This document shows positions 16,520 through 23,965 of a stretch of DNA of 24,000 bases, piece after piece; position 1 is the first letter of the stretch; each line of letters opens with the position of its first letter. A model generated the notes under the pieces. The model worked only from the letters and a program-made list of their open reading frames with translations. It was not told where the DNA came from and did not search any database. A program made the position numbers and the translations under genes. The DNA comes from Desulfobacterales bacterium (GTDB lineage: Bacteria; Desulfobacterota; Desulfobacteria; Desulfobacterales; JAFDDL01): assembly GCA_963678885.2 (NCBI GenBank), contig CAXXFG010000006.1, positions 539,675 through 563,674 on the forward strand, written 5' to 3'.

Positions 16520-16682
16520 TTTTCACGTCCCCAACAGTTATTAAATGAATAGGTGATTATTTGATATATATTTTATAAAATTATAAAATTTATGTCAACC
16601 ATTATCTTTTTATATTAAGGTGATAAATATATGTTCATTTTTATTTTATAGACCGTGATGGATATTGAGAAATTTTAGGAGG

Positions 16683-16895
16683 TCAGCAAAAATATTCCAA
16701 TAAAGAGTTTATCTTTTCCAAGACCCATGCCAACGCATAACCAGCCGCACCAACAACCGCCAAACAGAGCCAGAGCTTAATGGCGAAAACCAACTGTCCC
16801 AGATAAAATTTGCCAACCAAATTCGACATGTCGGATACGGATATGTTTTTTAACTGCTTAATATCATTATTGACAATCTTGTTTACAGGTTTCAT
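16683..16895 (-). CDS. Small hypothetical membrane protein (70 aa, one or two C-terminal TM helices)
   Basis: The track ORF is 16683-16922. The ATG at 16895 (MKPVNKIVNNDIKQLK...) is preceded by GAGGAGGTGGTT. The C-terminal LGQLVFAIKLWLCLAVVGAAGYALAWVL is strongly hydrophobic. The context is AT-rich and I recognise no family. Confidence 0.5.
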   Translation of the reverse strand: MKPVNKIVNNDIKQLKNISVSDMSNLVGKFYLGQLVFAIKLWLCLAVVGAAGYALAWVLEKINSLLEYFC

Positions 16896-17171
16896 AACCA
16901 CCTCCTCAGAATGGGCCTTCAATTTTCTTGACAGTGTGCTAATCGGGAAAAAGCCGATAAATGATCAACAATTGTTTTGAGAGGTTATTGGGCAGAACAT
17001 CCAGGAATAAAATGGATGCGCTTGTGGGGCAGAAGCAGTCTTGATTTTATGTCAAGAAAAATCTGATTATTTTGCTACTGTCCGCAAATACTGTTGGCAT
17101 AAACACATCAATAACTTATATCATTCCGATTTAATTATATATATTATACCATACCAGAGGACAATTTGACA

Positions 17172-17201
17172 AGAGGAAAGAAGTATAGAGGAAAGAAGTG
17201 T
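17172..17201 (+). repeat. Tandem 15-bp purine-rich direct repeat
   Basis: AGAGGAAAGAAGTAT (17172-17186) is followed directly by AGAGGAAAGAAGTGT (17187-17201). A third unit starts (AGAAAAAA) and then degenerates. Confidence 0.8.
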
Positions 17202-17303
17202 AGAAAAAACCGCCCTCCAAAAAGAATCCAATAATAAATTGGAGCCGATGCTTTGATGCTATTACATGACCCTCTCATCGCTGATTTTTTGCAATTACTC
17301 GAA

Positions 17304-17376
17304 GGGTGATCGACAACACCTTATTAACTGGCCATTTTGACACAAAAACATATATATTTTTGTGTCAGGATCACCC
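17304..17376. promoter_or_regulatory. Nested palindrome: a 30-bp AT-rich perfect palindrome inside an outer 8-bp inverted repeat
   Basis: Inner palindrome: TGACACAAAAACATATATATTTTTGTGTCA (17338-17367). Outer repeat: GGGTGATC (17304-17311) and GATCACCC (17369-17376). It sits in a roughly 700-bp region (16896-17600) whose only track ORF is the 74-aa minus-strand ORF at 17452-17676, which reads as non-coding. Confidence 0.6.
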
Positions 17377-17606
17377 TGTAGAATAAATTGAAAACGCAGG
17401 GTCAATTCTGGCTTTTGCCGACCGAAGCCCTGCTGCCGGGCCAGAAGATCATCAGCTCTCAGTCCCTATTATTCGAGAAAAATGCATATGATTTAAAAAC
17501 AGCCTGATTTGTCTTGGTTTTATTCTTGACGGGATCAGACTAAAAAAGTATGTCTTCACCTGCTTCGGCCTGTATTCATTGGTAATAAACGGAGGGGAAA
17601 GTGGGA

Positions 17607-17855
17607 ATGACCACTCAAGAACGATGGGTGGGCGTTGCGTTGCCTCTGTCAAGCTTTTCCGACCGGGTGTCGGCAATGCCCGGCCGGTTTGACGAGGTGT
17701 TGCATGGCGCTGCGGTCTTGATGGAACCGGAAGTCCATTTCGTTACCCTTCCGCGGCGTACCCTCAAAACCGAGGAAGAAATAGAAGCATGGGGCGAAGA
17801 GGTCAAGGCACAGCTCAAATCCGCTCTCGAGCAAGGGCCTGTAGTGATATGTTAA
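17607..17855 (+). CDS. Small hypothetical protein, operonic with the AlbA_2 protein
   Basis: The track ORF starts at GTG 17601; ATG 17607 follows GGAGG (17591-17595). The protein is 82-84 aa (MTTQERWVGVALPLSSFSDRVSAMPGRFDEVLHGAAVLMEPEVHFVTLPRRTLKTEEEIEAWGEEVKAQLKSALEQGPVVIC). I recognise no family. The stop lies 12 nt before the next ATG, and that gap contains GGGAG. Confidence 0.5.
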   Translation: MTTQERWVGVALPLSSFSDRVSAMPGRFDEVLHGAAVLMEPEVHFVTLPRRTLKTEEEIEAWGEEVKAQLKSALEQGPVVIC

Positions 17856-17867
17856 GGGAGACCGCTG

Positions 17868-19577
17868 ATGCGAACAGCCCAGCAGATTCTTGAACTTCTT
17901 CCTGAACTGGATCATTTGGTAGCCGATGATCTGGAAGATCAGGATCTCGACTTCAAACAATGGGATGCAAAAAGCCGGGATAAGGCGGTCAAGGCCCTGG
18001 TTCAAATGGCGGTATGTATGGCCAACGGGGGCGGGGGGAGTGTTGTTTTTGGTGTGGCCGATCGCGTGAAGGGACGGAACAAAGCGGTTCTGGGGGTTCC
18101 CCTTGAGATCGACACCAATTTGTTGAAAAAGGCGGTATATGATCAGACCGATCCCAAAATCACTCCGGTGTTTGAAGAGATGAATGTGCCGGAAGGTACG
18201 GGCCGTCTGCTTCTGATGCAGATATATCCCGGCCTTCCTCCCTATACGGACAGTTCCGGTCGAGGCAATATACGTATCGGCAAAGAATGCCGGCCGCTGA
18301 CGGGTACCATGCGCCGCAAAATTGCGGTAGAGACCGGCGAGACGGATTACACAGCCGAGCCCGTTTCGGTCTTCTATCCGGCCATGATTTCAGCTTCCGC
18401 CATGGAAGCCCTCCGCAACCAGGGCCGAAAGGAACGTGCTCCGGAAGATCTCTTAAAGTTGTCGGACACCGAATTGCTCAATGCCCTCGGGTTGATCAAA
18501 GGAGGGAAGCTCACCCGGGCAGGGCTGCTTTTTGCCGGTACAGAACCCGCAATCCGGGAATTTTTGCCAGGCCATAACTGGACATTTTTACAAATGACTT
18601 CGGATACCGCCTACGCTATTCGGGAGGATCGGGTGAGCGCGTTACCTGTTTCGGTGCAGCGTATTGAAGAGCTGATAACCCCATTCAACCCCATCACCAC
18701 CTATGAACAGGGCATGTTTCATTACGAATACCGCACCTGGCCCGAAATAGCGGTGCGCGAAGCCTTGATGAATGCCTTTTGCCATGCGGATTTTCGCATA
18801 GCCGGCCCCATTATGGTCAAACTTTATGCCGACCGTTTGGAAATCGGCAACAATGGGAGCTTTATCGCCGGCATTACCCCGAACAACATTCTTCATCATC
18901 CTCCGGCTTCCCGCAATCTATTGCTGGTCGAGGCATTGACGCGGTTGCGTCTGGTCAATCGCAGCAATCTTGGGATTGGACGAATGTTTTCTGCGATGCT
19001 GATGGAAGGCAAGGAACCCCCCGTGATTCGTGAAATCGGCGAATCGGTCACGGTTTCATTCCAGAAGCAGGAATTGAATACCTCTTTTAGAATGTTTGTG
19101 GCCGAAGAAGGCAAGCGGGGCCGAATTCTGGGGCTGGATGAATTGTTGCTTCTGCAATACCTTTTAAAGCATCCGGAAGTAGATACAGCCACGGCTGCTG
19201 CCTTGTGCCAGCGCAGTGATGCGGAAGCCCGGGAACATTTGGCCGCCATGGAACGCTATGGCTATGTGGAGCATGGGGGAATAGGGCGTGGCGCTTACTG
19301 GAGCATCAGACCTGAGCTATACAAACAGCTTTCCGATGACGGGCATGCCGAAACTCGGCGCAGAATCGATTGGGATGCTGCCAAAACCCGGCTGCTTAGT
19401 ATTTTGATGGAACGCGCTAAACGCGGGGAACCCGGTCTAAGCAATACAGAGATCCGCCAAATAACCCGGGTTGACCGCAACCAGGCTTTTCGGCTGATGC
19501 TGGAACTGCGAAAGGAAAATCCGGCTATCAGACCTCCAGGGCGCGGGAAGCATGCCAGGTATGAGTACCGGGAATGA
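17868..19577 (+). CDS. AlbA_2 (Schlafen-like DNA-binding) plus HATPase_c_4 protein, usually annotated as 'RecG-like ATP-dependent DNA helicase/transcriptional regulator', with C-terminal wHTH repeats
   Basis: 569-aa ORF. AlbA_2 N-domain: DLEDQDLDFKQW...AVCMANGGGGSVVFGVADRVKG...IRIGKECRPLT. HATPase_c_4 core: VREALMNAFCHADFRIAGPIMVKLYADRLEIGNNGSF...PASRNLLLVEALTRLRLVNRSNLGIGRM. C-terminal HTH-like segments: LLLLQYLLKHPEVDTATAAALC and LSNTEIRQITRVDRNQAFRLMLELRK. Confidence 0.8.
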   Translation: MRTAQQILELLPELDHLVADDLEDQDLDFKQWDAKSRDKAVKALVQMAVCMANGGGGSVVFGVADRVKGRNKAVLGVPLEIDTNLLKKAVYDQTDPKITPVFEEMNVPEGTGRLLLMQIYPGLPPYTDSSGRGNIRIGKECRPLTGTMRRKIAVETGETDYTAEPVSVFYPAMISASAMEALRNQGRKERAPEDLLKLSDTELLNALGLIKGGKLTRAGLLFAGTEPAIREFLPGHNWTFLQMTSDTAYAIREDRVSALPVSVQRIEELITPFNPITTYEQGMFHYEYRTWPEIAVREALMNAFCHADFRIAGPIMVKLYADRLEIGNNGSFIAGITPNNILHHPPASRNLLLVEALTRLRLVNRSNLGIGRMFSAMLMEGKEPPVIREIGESVTVSFQKQELNTSFRMFVAEEGKRGRILGLDELLLLQYLLKHPEVDTATAAALCQRSDAEAREHLAAMERYGYVEHGGIGRGAYWSIRPELYKQLSDDGHAETRRRIDWDAAKTRLLSILMERAKRGEPGLSNTEIRQITRVDRNQAFRLMLELRKENPAIRPPGRGKHARYEYRE

Positions 19578-19593
19578 TGCAAATAATGCTTTG

Positions 19594-19946
19594 AGCATTA
19601 AAATGAGCATTGGATGCATTTCAATGCTTATTCTTACACTCAAAGCATAGGCGACAGCATAAGCATTGGAGGTAGATTCAAACTTTGGATCTTGGGCCAA
19701 TGCTGGGCCAATTCGGAATTGAACTGGCCCAGATGCGCGGGGGGCCAATTTTGGGAAAGCGTCGGGAATGATTTTGGATGCCTGTCATGAAAAACCCTCC
19801 ATTACCATTCATGAGATGGCCGGTTTGCTTGGTATCACCGAGCGATCCGTTCAGCGAAACATCCGGAAACTGCGGCAAACCGGAAGGCTTCGCCGTGTTG
19901 GCGGATAAAAGAAGGCCATTGGGAGGTGATACGTGAGGATTCTTGA
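19594..19946 (+). pseudogene. Decayed C-terminal fragment of a second AlbA_2/HATPase_c_4-type regulator (HTH tail)
   Basis: One frame reads ...GANFGKASGMILDACHEKPSITIHEMAGLLGITERSVQRNIRKLRQTGRLRRVGG* (19768-19908). After a 1-nt frame shift it continues EGHWEVIREDS* (to 19946). This is the typical xxPxITIxELAxxLGISxRxVxRxIxKLxxxGxLxRxGxxKxGHWEV tail of this family. Upstream, the same frame has three in-frame stops. No N-terminal domains are present. Confidence 0.6.
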
Positions 19947-20112
19947 TCGTCTCCTGAAATCCGTCCGCAATGCCGCTATTAAATATCATGAGAGCCGAGT
20001 GGCGCCGGCCTGTATCCTGTAGCAGGATCGGGATTAGTGGGAAGGGCGGTTATCTCCCGTTTGCAGGGTGAATTGCCTGAACTTATAATGTTGGGTGACT
20101 TTGATCCGGAAA

Positions 20113-21212
20113 TTATCTTTGCTTGCGGCTACGGGGTTTTTCCGGAATAGTCATTTCAATGAGCCCAGCTTCAAGAGCAGGTAAAATGTAATGTTTTCGA
20201 AAGTGTTCTTCATCTTTCAACCCCAAGACACTTAGCAGCTCACGTCTACTCATTTCCCCTTTCAGTTTGCTTAATAGCAGGACTTCCGGGGTAACTTCCG
20301 GGGTAACTTCCGGGCTGACTTCCACGGAAATATCCTCGATGACTTCCACAGTATCTTTTACAGTGGGCAAGACGGCGGAATGAAAAGACACAAAAACAGA
20401 ACCCGCGTATTGTGACCAGGCCGGATGTGGGTTACCGTTTTCGGTGCACCACTTGATTATGTTCAGGGTACCCATACCCCAACGCTCGATAATACCGGCT
20501 CGATAGTGTGACCGCCGTTTCGGTTTTCAGCCAAAAACAGCGGAATAGATGCCAGCCAGAATCGATTGAAGATGTACTTATGCATCTCGCTTTTTCATTG
20601 AAAAACGCTCGTTTTCTATGAAGGGGGCTGGAGGGTGCCCTTATATGTTGTTACTCAGCCAGGTGAAATCCTCTACCGATAGCACGATCTCCTTATGTTG
20701 GTTCTTATACGAGCTTTTTATACGGCATCATGGATCGGATGGTCGATGAGATCGGAAATGTTTTCACACCTGCGTCACAGGAAACCCTCTTGTCGAAGCA
20801 TCATACCACCATGAAGGCTCTTTCCCATATCAAACTAATAGCAACAGTCGGTAGAATAACCAACGCCGAAAAAAAAGGAATTAGAGGAACTAAATGGATT
20901 TTTATTTTTCTCCTTAGAATCAAATGGCTGGAATCAAATCGTTGGAAATGGCTGAGAATTAAAACGATGGAAATGGGCCGGAATTAAACCGCTGATAACA
21001 CGATAGAAAACATTGGCGAGAATCGGATTCCAGGGTCTCGATTCGTGGGGTTCGGCCAGTTTCTCAGGAGTGATGCCGAAATGGAGTTCACCCGGATTTG
21101 TGATTTCGAGATGATCATCATACATGGCAACGGACACGGCCCCGCCCGCAGTCGTGTAGCCACGGTGGCATAGGGCATTGGCCAGGGCTTCCCGGGTGGC
21201 ACGCGGTGGATA
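20113..21212 (-). pseudogene. 5'- and 3'-truncated AlbA_2/HATPase_c_4-type gene split by a 494-bp insertion
   Basis: The upstream half (21212 down to 21001) reads YPPRATREALANALCHRGYTTAGGAVSVAMYDDHLEITNPGELHFGITPEKLAEPHESRPWNPILANVFYR. The downstream half (20506 down to 20113) reads (Y)RAGIIERWGMGTLNIIKWCTENGNPHPAWSQYAGSVFVSF...TPEVTPEVTPEVLLLSKLKGEMSRRELLSVLGLKDEEHFRKHYILPALEAGLIEMTIPEKPRSRKQR*. The AlbA_2 N-domain is missing and the usual ...QKYRLT tail is cut short. Confidence 0.75.
20507..21000. mobile_element. 494-bp non-autonomous insertion element (MITE-like or recombinase-mobilised mini-element) with a 6-bp flanking direct repeat
   Basis: It is flanked by CGATAG (20501-20506) and CGATAG (21001-21006). 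The termini are imperfect inverted repeats: TGTGACCGCCGTTTCGG... against the reverse complement TGTTATCAGCGGTTTAA.... The right end holds a ladder of GAAT(C/T)AAA..G.TG units interleaved with GGAAATGG (20917-20995). The only internal ORF (85 aa, 20730-20987) runs through those repeats and looks spurious. Confidence 0.75.
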
Positions 21213-21382
21213 ACATGGACATCGCGGGTGCTGTTGATATAATAGAGGCACTGCTAACTGTAGCAACGCTGGCAGTACGGGCAACGGCAACGACACTGCA
21301 ATTAAATTAAAATTGCCGAACAGCGCAGATTTGTAATGAAATTGGCCTCACTTTCTTTTTTTAAATGACCAAGGAGTCACTG

Positions 21383-21871
21383 ATGATCAAATTGACACAA
21401 GGCGATATCCTGAAGGCGGATGCTGAGGCGCTGGTGAACACTGTTAACTGTGTCGGGGTCATGGGCCGTGGGCTTGCTCTTCAATTCAAGAAAGCTTTCC
21501 CGGATAATTTCAAGCAATATAAGACGTTATGCGACAAAAAGGAACTGAGGCCGGGGAAATTGTCCGTTCATCATCTTAACAGTTGGCACAACCCTCAATA
21601 TGTCATCAATTTTCCGACTAAACGGCACTGGAAGGATAAGAGCCGGATGGAGGATGTTGAAGACGGGCTAGAAGCTCTGGTTGAAGAGGTTCGCCAAAGA
21701 GGCATCCACTCCATTGCTATCCCTCCTCTTGGTTGTGGTCTTGGTGGGCTGCGCTGGACGGATGTTCGTTCGAGAATCGAGGCGGCTTTCAAAGAAATGA
21801 AGGATGTGAAGGTCCTCCTTTACGAACCAATGGGAGCGCCGCCAGCTGAAAAAAGGAAACCTACCGGATAA
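21383..21871 (+). CDS. Stand-alone macrodomain protein of the DarG/TARG1-like type (ADP-ribose-removing hydrolase family)
   Basis: The track ORF is 21365-21871. The ATG at 21383 follows AAGGAG. MIKLTQGDILKADAEALVNTVNCVGVMGRGLALQFKKAFPDNFKQYKTLC...PGKL...YVINFPTKRHWKDKSRMEDVEDGLEALVEEVRQRGIHSIAIPPLGCGLGGLRW is collinear with my recollection of the N-terminal macrodomain of DarG antitoxins. The protein ends in the linker (YEPMGAPPAEKRKPTG*) and lacks the DarT-binding C-domain. Confidence 0.8.
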   Translation: MIKLTQGDILKADAEALVNTVNCVGVMGRGLALQFKKAFPDNFKQYKTLCDKKELRPGKLSVHHLNSWHNPQYVINFPTKRHWKDKSRMEDVEDGLEALVEEVRQRGIHSIAIPPLGCGLGGLRWTDVRSRIEAAFKEMKDVKVLLYEPMGAPPAEKRKPTG

Positions 21872-21965
21872 GTTCCTGGCTGACGATTATTTATTCCCTC
21901 AGGCGTTATCTGTGTGTTTGATCTGTTTTTTTATAAAAAATTCTAATAAAAATAGAACTTTTCAC

Positions 21966-21993
21966 TTGCATCGGATATGTCACCTGTTATATT
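21966..21993 (+). promoter_or_regulatory. Candidate sigma70 promoter for the HTH-hsdM operon
   Basis: TTGCAT (21966-21971), a 16-nt spacer, then TATATT (21988-21993), preceded by an A/T-rich tract. An inverted repeat TTTTGC (21992-21997) / GCAAAA (22014-22019) lies just downstream and may be an operator. Confidence 0.4.
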
Positions 21994-22056
21994 TTGCAAT
22001 CGATCCAACAGCGGCAAAATGTGTCTGTATTTTACCGTCTGATTCCACAATGAATA

Positions 22057-22320
22057 ATGAAAAATCCAAAAATGAATAGGCAAAAAAGCATAACTGAAGG
22101 TTCTGTGAGTTTTCCTGAATCGGTAAAAGAGGTGCGCAGGCAACTCGGCCTCAGTCAGGAGGCTCTTGCCAATGTGCTTGGGGTCAGCTTCGCCACGATC
22201 AACCGATGGGAAAATTCCAAAACAGTTCCTTTCAGGCTTGCACGGACACAGTTTGATGAATTCTGTGAAAAAATGAAGCGACAGAAGAAGCTGAAGCTAC
22301 CTATTCAGAGTGAGGAGTGA
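22057..22320 (+). CDS. XRE-family helix-turn-helix transcriptional regulator
   Basis: 87-aa ORF. The HTH_3 core is [36 protein letters not shown]. The start is uncertain (ATG 22057, ATG 22072 or a GTG further in). Its last codons supply the GAGGAG RBS for hsdM. Confidence 0.75.
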   Translation: MKNPKMNRQKSITEGSVSFPESVKEVRRQLGLSQEALANVLGVSFATINRWENSKTVPFRLARTQFDEFCEKMKRQKKLKLPIQSEE

Positions 22321-22327
22321 CATAGCC

Positions 22328-23944
22328 GTGGTCAAAAAAACGAACGGAGCTAACCTCGGGTTTGAGGAAAAACTTTGGATGGCTGCCGACAAGCTTCGGG
22401 GTACCATGGATGCAGCCGAATACAAGCATGTGGTGCTTGGCCTAATTTTCCTGAAATACATATCAGACGCTTTTCTTGAAAAACAGGAGGAACTGAAATC
22501 TGAGGAGTACGCTGATCCGGAAGATCGGGATGAATACAACGCTTCAAACATTTTCTGGGTTCCACCCGAAGCACGATGGAGGTATCTGCAGGGAAGGGCC
22601 AAAGACCCAAAAATCGGGCAGCTGCTTGACGAAGCTATGTCAACTATTGAACAGGACAACACATCCCTGAAAGGGGTGCTTCCTAAGGATTATGCACGTC
22701 CTGCCCTCGACAAGTCACGCCTGGGGGAATTGATCGATCTGATTGCCACCATCGGCCTAGGAGATAAGGAAAGCCGTCGGAAGGACATTCTCGGCAGAGT
22801 TTATGAATATTTTCTTTCCAAATTCGCTGAAAAAGAGGGTAAGGGCGGCGGTGAGTTCTATACGCCCCAGTGTGTTGTCAAGCTCCTGGTGGAAATGATC
22901 GAACCTTTTAAAGGACGAGTATTTGATCCCTGTTGCGGGTCAGGGGGCATGTTTGTTCAGGCAGTCCGCTTTGTCGAGGCACATGCAAACGGAAACGGCA
23001 ATAGTTCCAAAGCCGGGGCGCTAAGGAAAATTGCAGTCTATGGCCAGGAGATGAACTATACCACCTGGCGGCTCGCAATTATGAATATGGCCATTCGGGG
23101 AATCGATGCCGATATTCGCTGGAATGAGAAAGGTTCCTTTCTGCAGGATGCCCACAAGGATCTCAAAGCCGATTTCATTCTTGCCAATCCGCCCTTCAAC
23201 GATGAGGATTGGGGTTTTTCCAAGGTGAAGGACGACGTGCGTTGGGCTTTCGGTGCGCCCCCGGGAGGTGGTCCACGAAAACAGAAAGACGGATCGGTTA
23301 TCCATGTGGACGGTGGGAATGCAAACTACGCTTGGATTCAACATTTTGTTCACCACCTGGCTCCCGAGGGTATAGCCGGTTTCGTACTCGCCAATGGTTC
23401 CATGTCCACCAACTCTTCTGGGGAAGGCGAAATCCGCAAAGCGCTCATTGAAGCCGACATGGTGGATTGTATGATCGCCCTGCCGGGCCAGCTTTTTTAC
23501 ACAACCCAGATCCCGGTCTGTCTCTGGTTTTTGACACGTTCCAAAAAGCCGAATACAAAACGTGGTTTTCGTGGACGAACGGGTGAGACACTATTTATTG
23601 ATGCCCGTAAAATGGGCTCACTGATCGACCGAACACACCGAGAACTTTCAGACGAAGAAATTTCTGAAATCAGCCGAACATATCACGCATGGCGTGGTGA
23701 AAAAAAAGATGGTGTCTATGAAGACAAGCTCGGCTTTTGCAAGTCAGCAATGCTAGACGATATCAGATCCCACCATCGTGTATTGACCCCTGGTCGTTAT
23801 GTCGGCGCTGAGACCGTCGAGGTCGATAGTGTCGCCTTTGAAGAGAAGATGGCCAAACTTTCGGCTCGACTCTACAAGCAAATGAGTGAATCGGTCAAAT
23901 TAGATAGGATAATCCAAAAAAATTTAAAATTGCTGGGATTTTGA
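22328..23944 (+). CDS. hsdM: Type I restriction-modification system DNA methyltransferase subunit HsdM (N6-adenine)
   Basis: The track ORF starts at GTG 22310. I prefer GTG 22328, which lies 10 nt after GAGGAG (22312-22317). HsdM_N motif: [34 protein letters not shown]. AdoMet motif I: [14 protein letters not shown]. Catalytic motif IV: ILANPPFN. Confidence 0.9.
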   Translation: MVKKTNGANLGFEEKLWMAADKLRGTMDAAEYKHVVLGLIFLKYISDAFLEKQEELKSEEYADPEDRDEYNASNIFWVPPEARWRYLQGRAKDPKIGQLLDEAMSTIEQDNTSLKGVLPKDYARPALDKSRLGELIDLIATIGLGDKESRRKDILGRVYEYFLSKFAEKEGKGGGEFYTPQCVVKLLVEMIEPFKGRVFDPCCGSGGMFVQAVRFVEAHANGNGNSSKAGALRKIAVYGQEMNYTTWRLAIMNMAIRGIDADIRWNEKGSFLQDAHKDLKADFILANPPFNDEDWGFSKVKDDVRWAFGAPPGGGPRKQKDGSVIHVDGGNANYAWIQHFVHHLAPEGIAGFVLANGSMSTNSSGEGEIRKALIEADMVDCMIALPGQLFYTTQIPVCLWFLTRSKKPNTKRGFRGRTGETLFIDARKMGSLIDRTHRELSDEEISEISRTYHAWRGEKKDGVYEDKLGFCKSAMLDDIRSHHRVLTPGRYVGAETVEVDSVAFEEKMAKLSARLYKQMSESVKLDRIIQKNLKLLGF

Positions 23945-23965
23945 GGAACTGCTGATAAAGGTTAA

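Noticed and set aside
20730-20987. 85-aa plus-strand ORF inside the 494-bp element
   Set aside because: Its C-terminal third is simply the translation of the subterminal DNA repeat ladder (WLESNRWKWLRIKTMEMGRN). It has no RBS and the element has no room for a transposase.
20917-21000. A run of ~14-nt repeats, considered as a mini CRISPR array or tandem repeat locus
   Set aside because: The units are too short, irregular and contiguous, with no spacers of constant length. No cas genes are present. The run abuts the terminus of an insertion element, which fits transposase or recombinase binding sites.
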